From Bugula neritina (Eukaryota > Animalia > Bryozoa), in contig OZ037771.1 of NCBI GenBank assembly GCA_964035545.1, positions 7,597,190 through 7,661,189 on the forward strand: a DNA stretch of 64,000 bases, in the 5' to 3' direction. The notes under the pieces are model-generated. The model worked only from the letters and a program-made list of their open reading frames with translations. It ran no database searches and was not told the origin of the DNA. Both the position numbers and the translations under genes were made by a program. Shown one piece after another: positions 1 to 13,438 of the stretch. The stretch's first letter is position 1; every line of letters starts with the position of its first letter.

Positions 1-623
1 CAAAAACTAGAAACACACATTTTATTATTGGATCAGATCTCAATCCATATTTCAAACTTTACTATGTAATTCAAGTATAACATATTAAATGTTATAACTC
101 TTCCTTGATAAGTGTTGGAGGTGTGTTGTGGCCAAGCCAAGTAAATCCTAACAATACATTGACCACAAATATAACTTAAAAGCTAAAATATAATATTACT
201 CTTTGAGTTGAATAAATAATTTAAAAACACCTTACGCTGTTGGAACGCCTATACTTTAAAACTAAGCTATAAGTATTATCTTCAAGCCTACCCACTGACC
301 ATAGTGAGAGTGTTAACGGTCAGAACACCCATAACTAAAGTCATTATTGTAATATTCATAGCGAATATAATTTAAAACGAGCCATACTCATAGTGAATGT
401 CAAACTTGATGACACTTCGATCATCAATCAATCATCAAATTTAATGTCAATCAGAATAAATCAATAATATAATTATTATTTATAATTATCAACATCAATA
501 CGAATATGTTCATATTCTTCTTTATATTCAATATTCCTATTAACTATTAGATTATTTATATTTATACTCATATTGACATTCACTATCATATACATATTCA
601 CTTTGACATTGCATCACAGACTC

Positions 624-860
624 AAAGTGAAACTGAAACAGTGAAAGTCTTCGAGATAAAATTACAATGCATGACACTTACATGTGGTGCAACTTGACAA
701 ATTCTGTTAGTTTTTCAGTTTTGCACTAAAAATTTGGTTTGAATAGTGGTTAGTATAGCGGTGAGACAGCTGAATTAGTTTCGTCATCCAGAATGCGAGC
801 TTATCCTCTTTTTGCTTCGTTTCAAGGACTGCCGGAAACGCCTACTACTGAAACCGGAAA
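624..860 (-). promoter_or_regulatory. Putative promoter / non-coding first exon of a further paralog left of the window; ISRE-like and ETS-like motifs
   Basis: AAAGTGAAACTGAAACAGTGAAAGT at 624-648; minus-strand GTAAGT donor at 676-681; CCGGAA at 832 and 854; locally CpG-richer; conserved in all three units. Confidence 0.45.
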
Positions 861-1974
861 CAGGTTAACGACGGGCTACATGGTTTTAGTGACAAATGTA
901 GTCTTTTTAAAAGTTGGAAGGCGTTGACGGGCTCTCTAATATTTAGATAGAAGGACTTTTTAGGAACTGAGCCAATATAAACAAAAAAGATTCTGATGAC
1001 AAGAAAACATTTTGTATATGCAACAGCAACGACACTAGTGTTACCTATTTCCAAGAGAATAGTGCACTTGTTATAATGTTTTGAATGACATTATTGGTGT
1101 TGTTCTGCAATATTGACTAGGCCTATATAGTGTTGTGAAATTGTGCTTCACTTATTTGTGGGTAATTATGATTGAAGTAATGCTGCCGATTTAGAGTAAG
1201 AATAAGTTCATTTATACGAAAGATACAAGATTTACTAACTACATGAAAACATACCAAGATTACATAACTGCACAAGACTGCTACTACTAGCCAACTGCGC
1301 CCTCCTCAAGCGTACAGCTCCTTACTAGCCATACACTCGTAGGGTATAAGATCACTCGCTTCGCTGATTGGCTGCTGCAAGTGTCAGTTCAATATGGAGT
1401 TGTCCTTTCGATATAATTGGGAGCCCAATATTTACAATGGTTCGGTTCAAACAGATATTAAATTAATAAATGTAATATGTGTGCTAGCACATGATTACCA
1501 TACATTACTTTTGTCTTCCACAGATGGTATATTGGCTACAAACAAATAGTTTTTGGTTACTATTTACTAGTAAGCAAATAATTCTAGCAGCAGACATCAT
1601 CAATCCTGAGTTAGAATTTCTGCACTAAGGATATTTCATTATATGAGATGATTGTAGCTATAATACTATATAGTCGACCAGCACACAGCCAATCACTGTG
1701 TAGGGTTGACTATCACATTTTCACAACTTTAGTTATGAATATCACTTACTTTTTTGAGTATCACAAGAAGTATTTCTGTTTTGTAAATGTATAGTATAAT
1801 AATCTTTCATTTGAATAAATATATTTCTGGTATAATGTAGATGTTATTGAAATATTTTTATTAAGGGTGCATTTGGGATACCAGCTCAAAGCTGCAACTG
1901 CATAGCCAAGTACAGCTGTACTTCGCTAAAATTTAAAAAAAAAATAAAAATTTATGAACACCCTACTGGTCAAG

Positions 1975-2660
1975 GCAGGCAGTACAATACTACACCACTA
2001 CACTACGACCACGAGGCTTTCCCATGACTGCGTATCAATTGCAGGGCTATTCGTGTTCCTTTTGCAGGTGACCTTGAAACATAATCTAGGATGACTTTGA
2101 AATCTGGAGCCTTCTGCAAGTTTCTCATACAGCAGATCTTCAGGAATGCAGCCATCTTGCATTCTGCACACATGTCGAAGCCGACATAGGCGCCACTGCC
2201 TCAAAAGAATGAAGAATGTAGGCAGCTCAGCTCATTGCAAACTGTCAGTGTTTTAAAATTTAGTCTTGCCATTTGAGATTGCTAGATAACAGCTGCTTAG
2301 TTTATTTTTCAGAGTGACACAGGGTGTAACAGTTTTGTAGTAATGAGTTTACCCAGCAGCTTCTATGGTGTGGTTGGTTAGTGAGCCTGCTTGAAAGCTG
2401 AAGGTCAAAAAGCTTTTTCAAGTTTCACTGGAGTAGAGTAGTGTGGACAATATACATGCTTTGTAAACATGCATCTTAGTGTTTGCTGACAGACTGCTGT
2501 TTGTCCACACACTCTCTTATGTAACTTGGACATTACTGCAGAAACTGTGGCAATACTTGAGTTAATTTCAGACTGAATGGAGAGGGTTACACTGATGGTA
2601 GACCCTGGATACTGAACTCTGTCAACTGAGCTCAGCTCTTGACTTCCTATGCAGTACTTC
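1975..2660 (-). mobile_element. Decayed RTE-clade LINE 3' fragment (copies at about 23635-24240 and 59415-59995)
   Basis: Broken frames with RTE C-terminal motifs: HVCRMQDGCIPEDLLY..L..G.R...PRL.FK, EINS.IA..SAVMSKL.KRV, TKMHVYKACILSTLLY. Confidence 0.75.
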
Positions 2661-3877
2661 AAGTATAGTTTGTTTATAAAATTATACTCTAATTCTAGTA
2701 AATGCTATGAAACATGTTGAAACACTTCTGAGTTCCTGGAAGGTGAACTACCAAAGAGCTTATAAATAAAATTTAAAGAACTATTAAACAAAATAATTTC
2801 AAAACTATACCAGCTAGTAGCAAGTTCTCTGTCCCAAATGTTTGTTTATTTATTGGGGTTTGCTTTGCTTAGTGCCAGATGATTCGTAAAATTGCCTTTG
2901 AAATACACAAAAGAATTCATTATAAAATGCAGTATAATTTTTGCGTAAATATATTTTATAGTAAATATGAGTAAAGAAAATCAGTAAACATATAAAAATG
3001 GTGCATACATATCACTAGAATAAGTGCATAAGCTATACGCAGTATATTTATTGTGTAAATATAGTTCATAGTAAATATGAGTAAATAATGTCAGCAAGCA
3101 TATAGTAATAGTGTATACATACAAAGTCACATATCACTAGACTAAGTGCATGAGCTATGTATATGCAGAGCATATATACATGGTATAGCAAAAGTATAAA
3201 ATGATAAGTAGAATTAAATACTTATATTCATAGTTCGCAGGTAAAGTACATCACATAGCGGTATATAGAGTGTCACATGTATAGAGCATGTAGTGAAATA
3301 TAATACCACATGCAAGGTTTAGATACTGTAGTCAGTATATACATAATATCTGTATTAAATGTGTATATATGATATAAATAGCGTAGTACCATACTCTACA
3401 TGTCCACACAGGGATGTGGGAGCTCAGTCTACCACTCTCCATAGAATAAAGGAAACAAGTAAATCTTCCTTCTACCAGTGAGAGTTTTTATAACCACAGG
3501 AGTCTGTGTTACAGTACCTTCTGAGTCGGATCTGTTACCTGATATTTTCCTCACTCTTTCTTGTACCTTTAAATATTTCATAATCAGGTAAACATTGGTC
3601 AGCATTACTGACACCACAGCAAGAGTTAGAATGTATCGCATCTGTAAATTCACCTACTAGAAAAAATTGTATTTGTGAATAGCAAAATTATATATACAAA
3701 TAGCATATCTATAATAAATTCAATTATATTGATATTGAATAAAGTGGAGACTACATAACTAACACCATAATATACTGTGATGGTATTACTATACTACAGT
3801 GTATCATGACTATAATATAGTATGATTATAGTATATTGTAAAATATTTGTGAAGGAAAGATTCTATTTGTGTGAGAA

Positions 3878-4430
3878 TGACTACATATTACTATGACTAT
3901 ATATTACTACGACTATACTATACTATGACTATATTATACTGTGACTATATTATACTATGACTATATTATACTATGACTATACTATACTATGACTATACTA
4001 TACTATGACTATATTATAATATGACTATATTATAATATGACTATATTATATTACTATGACTATATTATACTATGACTATATTATAATATGAAGATACTAT
4101 ACTATGACTATATTATACTATGACTATATTATATTGTAAAATATTTGTGAAGGAAAGATTCCATTTGCGTGAGAATGACCACATATTACTATGACTATAT
4201 ATTACTACGACTACACTATACTATGACTATATTATACTATGACTATACTATACTATGACTATACTATACTATGACTATATTATACTATGACTATATTATA
4301 TTATGACTATACTATACTATGACTATATTATACTATGACTATATTGTACTATGACTATATTATACTATGACTATATTATACTATGACTATACTATGACTA
4401 TATTATGACTATATTGCACTATGACTAGTC
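3878..4430. repeat. Intronic (ACTAT/ACTATG)n satellite
   Basis: Visible directly; counterparts at about 25345-26500 and 61043-61435 differ in length. Confidence 0.95.
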
Positions 4431-4968
4431 ACTACACCTATACTACTGTCACTACACCACACCAACTAATACGAAAACAGTCTCTTCTAAATAGGAATTG
4501 ATGTCACAGGAAGTTACTCACAATATCAAATAAGTCAGCAAGATCACGATGACAGCCATGTCTGTGTAAAGTCCTGACAAGTGTTCTTATCAATAATGAC
4601 CCACCATCATGGAATCTCATGGATGCACTGTCTATTAAAATAATACAATGAGTTGAATAGTAAATATTATACAATGTAGAGTAACAGTGAAACATTGCAG
4701 TATAACTAGTGAGAAATATAAACAGAAAATTTTACAAGCTCAGCAACAAAAGGTATATCTTGAGAAAATTGAATGATGGGTTTCACAGCTACCTGATTGG
4801 CTATTGGGAGTTGCAACACATTATTCAAGTGAAATGTACTCTAAAGCTCAGAGAAGGCTCTGAATTGTTAAGGAATTTTAAAGAGCTTAAATTAAAAATA
4901 TTCAGCTGGAAAACAAATACTCGGCAGCAGAGTATAAACTGTACAGACTGGTGTTTCACAGATTACAT

Positions 4969-6621
4969 CAGTGGTTCCAACCTGGGGGGAATTCCCCCCT
5001 AGGGGGGAATTTGGACATTTTAGGGGGGAAATTTGGATTTTGAAAAATTCACGATATTTGTTGACGGTTTTTGAGCTCTTGCAAGTTACATCTCTATAAA
5101 TCTTCATCTTAGGTCATCTATTTAACCAAACCATATTCTGCAATCTCAGTTTACTTCTACATGGATGTGTGTTTAATAATTACTCAACCCCAACTGTTCT
5201 CTGTGTTACTTCGAATGAAAGTCAAAGATATGCAAAAACCAACAGGCCAACTTTTAGCAACCATGCAAGTCAATTTCTATGCTACATACCTAGTGAATAT
5301 TTTTGCTACACTGAATAACCTGAACCTAAAGATGCCGGAGTGCAATTATCATATTATTGCCTTTCATAGCAGCAGCAATTTTTTTAAGGTTACACTAAAG
5401 TGGTGTCATCTCTATCAAAAGCATATCTTTCCCTACACTCAATGAACTTTGATAGAAGAAGAACCTGTTCCGATTTTAGGTAAAAATGGCACAGGTAGAA
5501 ATCGCACACTGGTGTTACATTTTCCCAAACCCAAACCTCCAAACCCCTCATCCTGAACGTCTAACTTCCAACTCAAATCTACAATGCTAATATTGAAAAT
5601 GTGCGAATTCTACTTAATTTTTCATTTGTGCCATTATTACTTGTGCCATTTTTACCTGTGCCATTTTTACCAGAAACCACATGTTCCAGATCATTTTTCA
5701 GAAAAAAACTTCTAGGCATCTCTCTGAACTTTTAATGGAGTTTTAAGGGTATTTCTCTGAGCTACCTCCCAAAAAGAAAGAGCTATATGATTGTTAACTT
5801 AACATGTGATCCACTGCAACGCTTTGTTGAAAAGTTTTCAGAGAAGTTACAGAAGGATTTTATTGAGTTGGTTCACAATTCAGTATGGAAGGGTAATTTG
5901 AAATTTTCTCCAGTTGAGGTTTTGTGGGTAGTGTCCGGTAGAAATGGCACAGGCAATAATGGCACAAATGGAAAGGTAAGTAAAAATGGCACATGTTTTC
6001 AATATCAGGGTGGGGATTTGGAGTTTGAAAGAGGGGTTCGGGAGAAGGATTTTGGGTTTACACTTGGGGATTCTGGAGTTTGAGGGTGGGAGTTTGGGTT
6101 AGGGGGTGGGGGTTTGGGGTTAGGGGCTTGATGTGAAGGGTTTGGGGTGTGAGTTTAAAAAAAACTTAACATCAGTGTGCCAAATAATTGTGGGTTTCAA
6201 CAAGCAAACTCTTCCCACACATAACTGACAGAGGAGAGTTTTGGTGCCGTCCAGCACCACCCATCCGTAGAAGGAAGGATTCCCATCTCAAAGAGAAAAG
6301 AAACTGCCTTAACCTGCAGAGTGACTTAAGATATGCTTGGTCAAACACAGAGCCAGGCTTTAGCAAGCTGGCACAAAAGTATCAAATGAAGCCATAACAT
6401 TAATAATTGAACTGCTCTGTGTTTTATAACATGAAAATAACGATAATATTACTATTATGATAATTGTATTATATGCAAATATAATAGAACAAAATACATT
6501 GCATTGTATCATATATTATCATTCAGTAAGTCACAAAATATTTTTGCTCATCGAAAGGGGGGGATTAATAGTCAACATTTACGAAAGGGGGGAATAGTAT
6601 GAAAAAGGTTGGGAACCACTG
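4969..6621. mobile_element. Non-autonomous hAT-type DNA transposon, only in copy 1 at this site
   Basis: Ends CAGTGGTTCC..AACC / GGTTGGGAACCACTG; perfect 8-bp TSD GATTACAT at 4961-4968 and 6622-6629; empty site (single gattaaat) at 27054-27061 in copy 2. Confidence 0.9.
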
Positions 6622-7177
6622 GATTACATGAAAACTAGATAACTGTAACTCACACACAAATAGTCCATGTACTCAGTTCAGGTTTATGAAAGGTCATGTG
6701 ACTAGACAGCACAGCACAGCTGCTACCTGCTCTTTTTATTCTATTTGTTACTAATTTTCAATTGAATAATGGATTTGCGTTTAAAATTTTGGCCGATAAC
6801 ACCCTGAGCAAACTTTCTTAATAAAATTATGACAATCCTAAAATGATGCAAGAAATATTGGTTTCTATCGGTGAACTAAATTCTTACTTTCAAAGCAGGA
6901 GTGAAGGATTAGAAGGTCGTCAACATCAAAGTTCCTCTGTCCAGTTGAAGTCTCAGCTTCCTGTTGATGAGTTCTGAGAGCAGAAAGTTCTGGTGAGGAG
7001 GAGTTGGTACTCTGTTGAGTATTCTGTTCAGTTTGACTGACTGAGTTACCTGATTGATTAGTAACACATGTGATATACCAACCAGTATTCTATGTATATG
7101 TATGAATACTAGAGCATCATATAATACAGTATTACAATAGTATAATATATTCTTACTCGTATCATATCTACACTCAC

Positions 7178-7397
7178 CAACTCTGCACGCCTGAATAACC
7201 ACAACTTTAGGCTTGCCGGCCATGTTGGGAAAATTTGTAGAGTTAATGAGACTGTAGATCTGTGTTAGATAGACTGGCTGTGAGTCAACTCCATGAATCA
7301 TTCCATTAGCTCCGTGTGCAAACAGAAACAGGAAGAACATACCATAAGTGTTATGAATCTCATCTCTTGTCTCTGATTGAATACACTGTACTATCTC
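7178..7397 (-). CDS. Caspase p20 catalytic exon, copy 1
   Basis: FLFLFAHG (His codon 7314-7316) and GKPKVVVIQACR (Cys codon 7185-7187). Confidence 0.93.
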
Positions 7398-8250
7398 CTG
7401 TATATGAATATAACACAAGACACACAGTATACAAACTCAATGTGAGAGAGTCTATTCTACGCACAGGACTGACCAGCTCTAATAAACATACACTTCTATT
7501 CAGGACAGAGAGAATACAAGTAAAGACAACTCCTGAGACTACATCCATATATTCAGTGTGAGTGTTGGGAGAGGGGAGAATTATTTTCTTCAATAATTGC
7601 AGCTCAGACACAGAATGAAGCAAACATATAAACATAGGGGGAGGGGGGGGGGACCCAACCATTTGTCAACATTATCTTGCAGAACAAATGCAATCAAAAT
7701 ATAGAGACAAGCAAGCATGTTTTTCCCGTCTCATACTAGCCTTTAGAAAGTTAGCTCCGTGAAGCAAACGTTAGCCCCAAAGTTAAGAGTTTGCATTTCC
7801 CTACTTTAATATTTGATTCAATAGATAAGTCTGCAGGCTATTATAACATTGAAGTGAGACATTAACCACTAATAACTAGTCACACTACGTGATAAGAAAA
7901 GGGAGACAACTACAAGTAAATAGAAATATACCTCAGCTGTGAGATCCTTCTGCTTCACAACCTCAAATCCCATCTTCCTGAACAGAGCAAATGTGTTGTC
8001 AACATCATAACTAGAGCCAAGTCTCTCTCCTACATTTCTATACTTGTTGTTGTTTATAATCAGAGCTCTTCCTCTGAATGGACTCGTCATCTTGTATATC
8101 TGTAGATACAGACTATGTACTTAGTTTATTACTTATTGGGTACATTCTATATAGAGAATATAATACTGAATAGAACACAACTGACCTGTTCATATTATAT
8201 TATAAGCAACTATGGAATGATGAGTTAAAAATCATCCATGAGTAGACTGA

Positions 8251-8657
8251 GTGTAAGGCCACACAACGCGTTTTAGCCCAAAAATTGGACGTCATGAGCG
8301 GGATTTTCATGCGCCTCGCATGCTGAGCGAACTCAGCGGCAGGCTCATGCGTGTTTGATCTAATTGGCTGATTACCATGTAATATTTAGCGAGCACACTT
8401 TTTATTTTAATTTACTATTCAACTTCTAGCGAGCTGAATTAAAACAGTTTATTATAGGTTGCATTTCCGCTTTTATAATATCACAATCACTTTGCCAATG
8501 ATGTAGTTTTAAAAACAAGCCCCTGTAGGCGAGCAGTAAAGTTTACCGCTAAACTAATAAATTTTTGCACTCGCAACATACGCACTGTGTGTGACAGGTC
8601 ACAAGTGTGTATTCTCGAACGTTTAGAGCGTGTAAAACGCGTCAAGTGGCCCTACAC
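8251..8657. mobile_element. MITE, only in copy 1 (possibly PIF/Harbinger-like)
   Basis: Imperfect TIRs GTGTAAGGCCACACAACGCGTTTTA / TAAAACGCGTCAAGTGGCCCTACAC flanked by TGA/TAA; copies 2 and 3 show the empty site agac-taa-tatgg. Confidence 0.7.
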
Positions 8658-8719
8658 TAATATGGGTTCTGACATATTGTGTGGCTTTAACACAGCTGCT
8701 AGCCCAAACAGGTCTGGGG

Positions 8720-8834
8720 AAGGAGGAGAGCCAAGGCTATACAGAGATAGAGAAGAGAGCCAGGGCTATACAGAGATAATAGAGAGGAGAGCCAAGGCTA
8801 TACAGAGATAACAGAAAGGAGAGCCAAGGCTATA
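8720..8834. repeat. Minisatellite, about 32-bp unit GAGAGGAGAGCCAAGGCTATACAGAGATAACA, 4 copies
   Basis: Visible directly; 11 copies at 29220-29555 in unit 2. Confidence 0.9.
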
Positions 8835-9359
8835 GAATATTCAACATGACATACAAACCTTTGAAGTGTTGATGAAGAGAGACTTGATACTCTGATTAGT
8901 AGTAGGAACTAGTGTCAACTTGGTAAGATCTTCTGAAGTGGAGGTAGTATCTTCTCCTTCATCCGAAACATCACTCAGTGCATCATCAGTACCAACAGTA
9001 TGAGTAGCAGCTCCACTGTGTCCAATATTATCTACATGTACAGGAAACATCACATAAACAGCTCACAGAAATGTAATGAAACCAACAACCTACAGGAACC
9101 ACTTCAACTGTCAATAACAAACATGGAGAATCAGAAAGGAAGAAAGCTATTTCTTATCGGTTCACTAGAAGTGAGTTTAATTCAAGATACCTGGTGGCTT
9201 GAAGTTGGTCTTCGCAAAGTCATTCAGTTTCTGCAGCTCATCTCCAGAAAGCTGGAAAGCTGCAATAGAAGTATGAATTATGGAAGTTGCTATTACTTGG
9301 ACAGTACATCACCATCTGAATATGCTATAAATAACCTGCCAAAAGATAATCATACTAAC

Positions 9360-11281
9360 TTGGGTGTAAAAGACAAGCTGGGACATCTCTGTATGTTCCA
9401 CATCTACCAGGTGATGAATCTGAAGTCATGGGAAGGGATTCACCATCCTCTGGAGTTCGACACCAGGATGGGTTGATGAACCTCTTTTGTCGTTTTTCTC
9501 CAACCAATGGGCAGTGGGCACACAAGTTGATACAGGTGATTTTACTTGCTCTCCATGTGGAGTTGACGTATTCAACGGTTGAATGAACTGAAGTGGTCAA
9601 CATCTTCCATGCATTGCCTATCTGCCGATAAGCAGACGTTATGGAGATAGTGAGTTTACGAGATTTGTAGTCATGCAGCAACTGCAGGGTGTAAGCTTCG
9701 TCTCTCAGCTCCACTCCATTCTTTCTCACAGCTTTTTCACTACAATCCTGGAGATCATTGAGAAGTTTTACAGAAATCTGGTGGTAGACGTACTGAGGGG
9801 GAGTCAAGCCACCAAACACCATGTCTACTGACAGTTTTACGGGTTGCCTCCTGGAGGCAGTCAAGTCGGTGAAATACTCCTGTGAGAAGTATGGCATAGT
9901 GTAACTTAGTTTCTGGGATGAATCCTTCATATCGAATAACAACTGGAAAGATTGTAGCAATGCGACTGCCACCTTCATCTTGTCACTCGTGGAGAAGCTG
10001 GTCTCTGCCATCACAAGATGCTGAAACAGCTTCTCGCTCATCCCGCCAGTTCGAACAAACTCTTGAGCCAAATTATTAAACTCCGTTTCATTTTCTATCA
10101 ACGGATTATTGAGTGAATCCTCTTCAATCGCGGACCGTCGATTTCTCCACACTTCCTTCTCGTGAGTGAAGAATACGTGGAGCAGCTTTGTAACCACGGA
10201 GATGTCGTAGAATACCAGAGACTGCAAACTCTCCCTATCCTGGTACCAGATGAGATGGCCGCTGTTATGCATGTACGAGAGAATCACTCTCAGCTGGTCT
10301 TCACTTTCCAACTTGCATTCAATGACATGTTGAAGCACTTCTGGAAATGTCTTGTAACTTCCATGGAATGAGTTGAATGTTTGAGCAACTTTTCTCCACA
10401 GAGTAGGCACCTTTTTCACGACTAGTTTACTGTCAGATAGGATATGACTTCTCAGCTGATCAAACACCTCTTCATATTCATCACCCACAACATATATATC
10501 TTGTTCTTGAAACATCTCTTGGCGCTGAAAATGAGAAATTCGTGTGAAAGAACGAAGATAATTCTTTTGACAATTTTCTTCTGATTGAATCAATTTGAAT
10601 ACACTTTCTGTGTGAAGAAAGAAGAGCCTCTTTAGCTCCTCAAATCCATCTGCACTGTAAGCATCTCGGTGAGTGAAAACCAGTTTGGGTGCTCTGAGCC
10701 CGGGATTGGCCAGGTACAGATGTGAGAGCCAATCAAAATATGTGCATCGAACTGCTTCATTACCATTCACTTCTAAACAGAGCTCTTCAAACTCCTTTAG
10801 ATTCACAACCACAATAGGAATACAGTTCTGTTTCAATGTGAACTGGTAGGTAGATTGGTAGATTTCATTGCCACCAAAATCTATGAACTGAAGAACAATG
10901 TCACCAACCACTAACTTTTCCATATTGAAGACACGAGTTGTTTCATCTTCCACTGCATCAGCCGCTCTATTGGTTAGTTCCCGTTAGCCGTCTGATCCCA
11001 CCAGCGTTTTTACTAGGCTGGTTTTGCCCGATAACGATCTACCCACTAGAGCGACCGTAGCTTCAGAAACTTCTAAATGACCAGACCTAAGATCTTCATA
11101 GTACTGTGTGATAGCTGGTAGTTTGTCTACACACACAGCATAAGGCGGGGATGTGAGTGATACACACCCTAAGCAGTTCAGTTCAGTCAGATTAGGCATG
11201 TTGAGAAGTTGAGGAGTTAAACATGTCATCTGAGAGTTGAGTGACAAGTCTAGGTGTTGGAGATTCTTGAGTTGACCAACA
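9360..11281 (-). CDS. Large exon of copy 1: last LRRs, Roc GTPase and COR (interrupted by one stop)
   Basis: P-loop ALVGRSLSGKTSL, G3 IDFGGNEIYQSTYQF, G4 VFTHRD, COR-like VPTLW and LSYMHNSGHLIWY; the ORFs 10984..11247 and 9355..10953 are in the same frame. Confidence 0.9.
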
Positions 11282-11612
11282 CTACCAAGTAAGTATTTAA
11301 TATAACTTTAGTATTATTCTATATCTAATGTATTATGCTTAAAAGTAAAACTTGATTGAATACATAATAGTTACATATCTAACATAGCCTGAGAGATAAA
11401 TAGTGTTTGACAGCACAACTGTTGTAAATGACTAGAACACAGGCCAAACTGAAAATATAGACTATAATGATTACTTGACCTAACAGTAAAACCATTACAG
11501 TGAAAAAATAGAGAATTGAGTCACAATTTACAAATTGTGTTACATGTGAAAACTTTGGATCTACTATAATACAATTGCAATATATGAAAATTGTGTTATT
11601 GCAAAACTATTA

Positions 11613-12928
11613 AGGCCATGCGTAAAAGTTTTGACATGGATCAAATACTTTTTGCAGCTTTGATAAATGGCTAAACAGGATGTTCAATCTCCAAATGTTT
11701 CAAACAATTTAAAGTAATGCCATAGTGTTGCATATGGTATTCTATGTTGTTTTCTAATCTAACTAAATACGTTTAAACAATTTCAAATAGATAAACTACA
11801 TTTGCTCTAAGAAGTTCCTAATATGAAGTAAATTTTCAAGTGTTGTTTACCCATTTAGGTTAATTTTTGCCTCCATACCATTGCACAATCAAGTCAAAGT
11901 AGTGTATTGTGAATAAATATTTACAAAGTTTCAACCTGGGAACAAACGTTGTGCAACATAAAATGTAACTCTATTACAGACTGAGTAAGCAGCAATCACA
12001 TAATATACCTAACAATTCTACTATTTCTCTAAACTCAAACTTCACTTCGTTATGGTAAGTGGTGGAAGACAAAATTCTAGCAGACAGCAGCTATCAAACT
12101 AAGAAGTACTAAAAGAAAAAGGTAATTGGGTTTGCTTTTGCAGCATTACAGGAAACTGGGGAGTGATTTATGGAATGTCATGACATTGGTGATTTCATAC
12201 TTAAAATTGGCTCATGAAAATTACTACTCCATGGCAAGACTTGTAAAATAAACAATTCTGAAGGGCAAATTCGTGCTGCCAGCTTTGTGGAGATTATGCA
12301 GAAAAAAGCAACTTTAGAGAAAGTAGAAAACGTACTTTCTACCATACTTTCCTAGTAAAAGAGAGAAAATTCAATTACTAGAGTGGCCCATGCAAAAGCC
12401 CAAAAGAATATTTTTATAGACAATACAAAGAAAAGTAGCCGAGATAAAACCAAGTGACATGGTCAATTTAGCTAGAACTGACATCAATGCATGGTACAGG
12501 ATGTGTGATAAACCACAAAATCGGCTGTGCTAGTGGAGAATATGTCAGCCTACTGCCTAGCAGTCATTGGTGCTAATAGTTACTCACTCACACTGAAACA
12601 CTGATATGTTATGTGCAGAAACCTTTTCACACACAAAAACATCTCATTCTACAATCTTCTTCATTTTGCTAACCAAATAAAGAGAAAATTTCAAATCCTC
12701 ACATAATTATGTTCAAGTGCAAAATTTGATGGTATAGGGCTATTTAGCACTTTTCTATCCCTAAGCTTATGTTATACAGGTAAAAATTATTTAGAGTTGT
12801 AGCTCAGCCAATAAGTTGCATTTCATATATATATTTAAATTTTTGCAGCATGTAAAATTTCAGAAGTTGGAAACAAAGATGTAAACTGGTAAACAATTTG
12901 GGGGTGTCAAAACTTTTACGCATGACTG
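11613..12928. mobile_element. Decayed Tc1/mariner-type element (counterpart at 32333-35644 has the LINE nested in it)
   Basis: TA-flanked TIRs: ta-(c/a)(a/g)gccat(g/t)cgtaaa(a/t)gttttgaca ... tgtcaaa(a/g)cttttacg(c/a)atg(a/g)ctg-ta in both units. Confidence 0.7.
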
Positions 12929-13061
12929 TATAATATATTGCAAGCTACAATCAGATTTATTCAAAGTTAGTAATCTCTATAGTTTATATAAAATAGATGA
13001 TCATATATGATATCTTACATGTTTACATAATAGTAGACAATATATAACTAATATAACTCAC

Positions 13062-13199
13062 CTGTCTGGTAATGTATGTAAGTCACAGTCCCATAGATGT
13101 AACTCTGTAAGTGACTCCATCTTTGGTATCACCTCAGGTAATGTTCCTAACTTATTACGAGACACCTCTAATGTGTGTAGATGTGTGAGTTGAGAGAGA
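13062..13199 (-). CDS. LRR cassette exon (2 x 23 aa), copy 1, exon 5 of 5
   Basis: SLSQLTHLHTLEVSRNKLGTLPEVIPKMESLTELHLWDCDLHTLPD; 138 nt, phase 2-2. Confidence 0.93.
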
Positions 13200-13438
13200 C
13201 TGTAATATACATACAATATACCATGAATATAATTATACAAGTTACAGAAATATTATGTTAAACATGTGGTAAGCTTTTATTATTTCTGCTTTGCAAGTAT
13301 GAATTGTGTCAGTTATTTGTGTTTAGGAATTCAATTCATAACTGGAGAGTTGGTATGCTGGGATTACTAGTTTCAGTTTTATTATACTATATTATATGTT
13401 TACATAATAGTAGACAATATAAAACTAATATAATTCAC

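Noticed and set aside
845-1054. 69-70 aa ORF also present at 58259..58471
   Set aside because: Non-ATG start, not called in unit 2, and overlaps the putative promoter.
1181-1436. Possible solo LTR (TG...CA ends), present in each unit
   Set aside because: No matching TSD and no internal retroelement sequence.
5161-6397. Short ORFs with GxNGT and Pro-rich repeats (also at 14714-15771 and 37052-38482)
   Set aside because: They lie inside the non-autonomous hAT element and come from its internal ggcacagg/aaaccc repeats; frames are not conserved between copies.
7869-8090. Stand-alone caspase gene starting at MTSPFRG
   Set aside because: A good acceptor (tctacag|ATA) lies 9 nt upstream and is in phase with the preceding linker exons, so the Met is better read as internal; an independent short isoform cannot be excluded.
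9000-9476. 158-aa plus-strand ORF, also at 29719..30195
   Set aside because: Antisense to three real exons; conservation is explained by recent duplication; no recognisable motif.
13200-13240. MYNYSHGLLYVYY leader on each LRR ORF, as if each were a separate mini-gene
   Set aside because: This is the intron's branch/acceptor region (tattacag) read in frame; the true exon starts after the AG.
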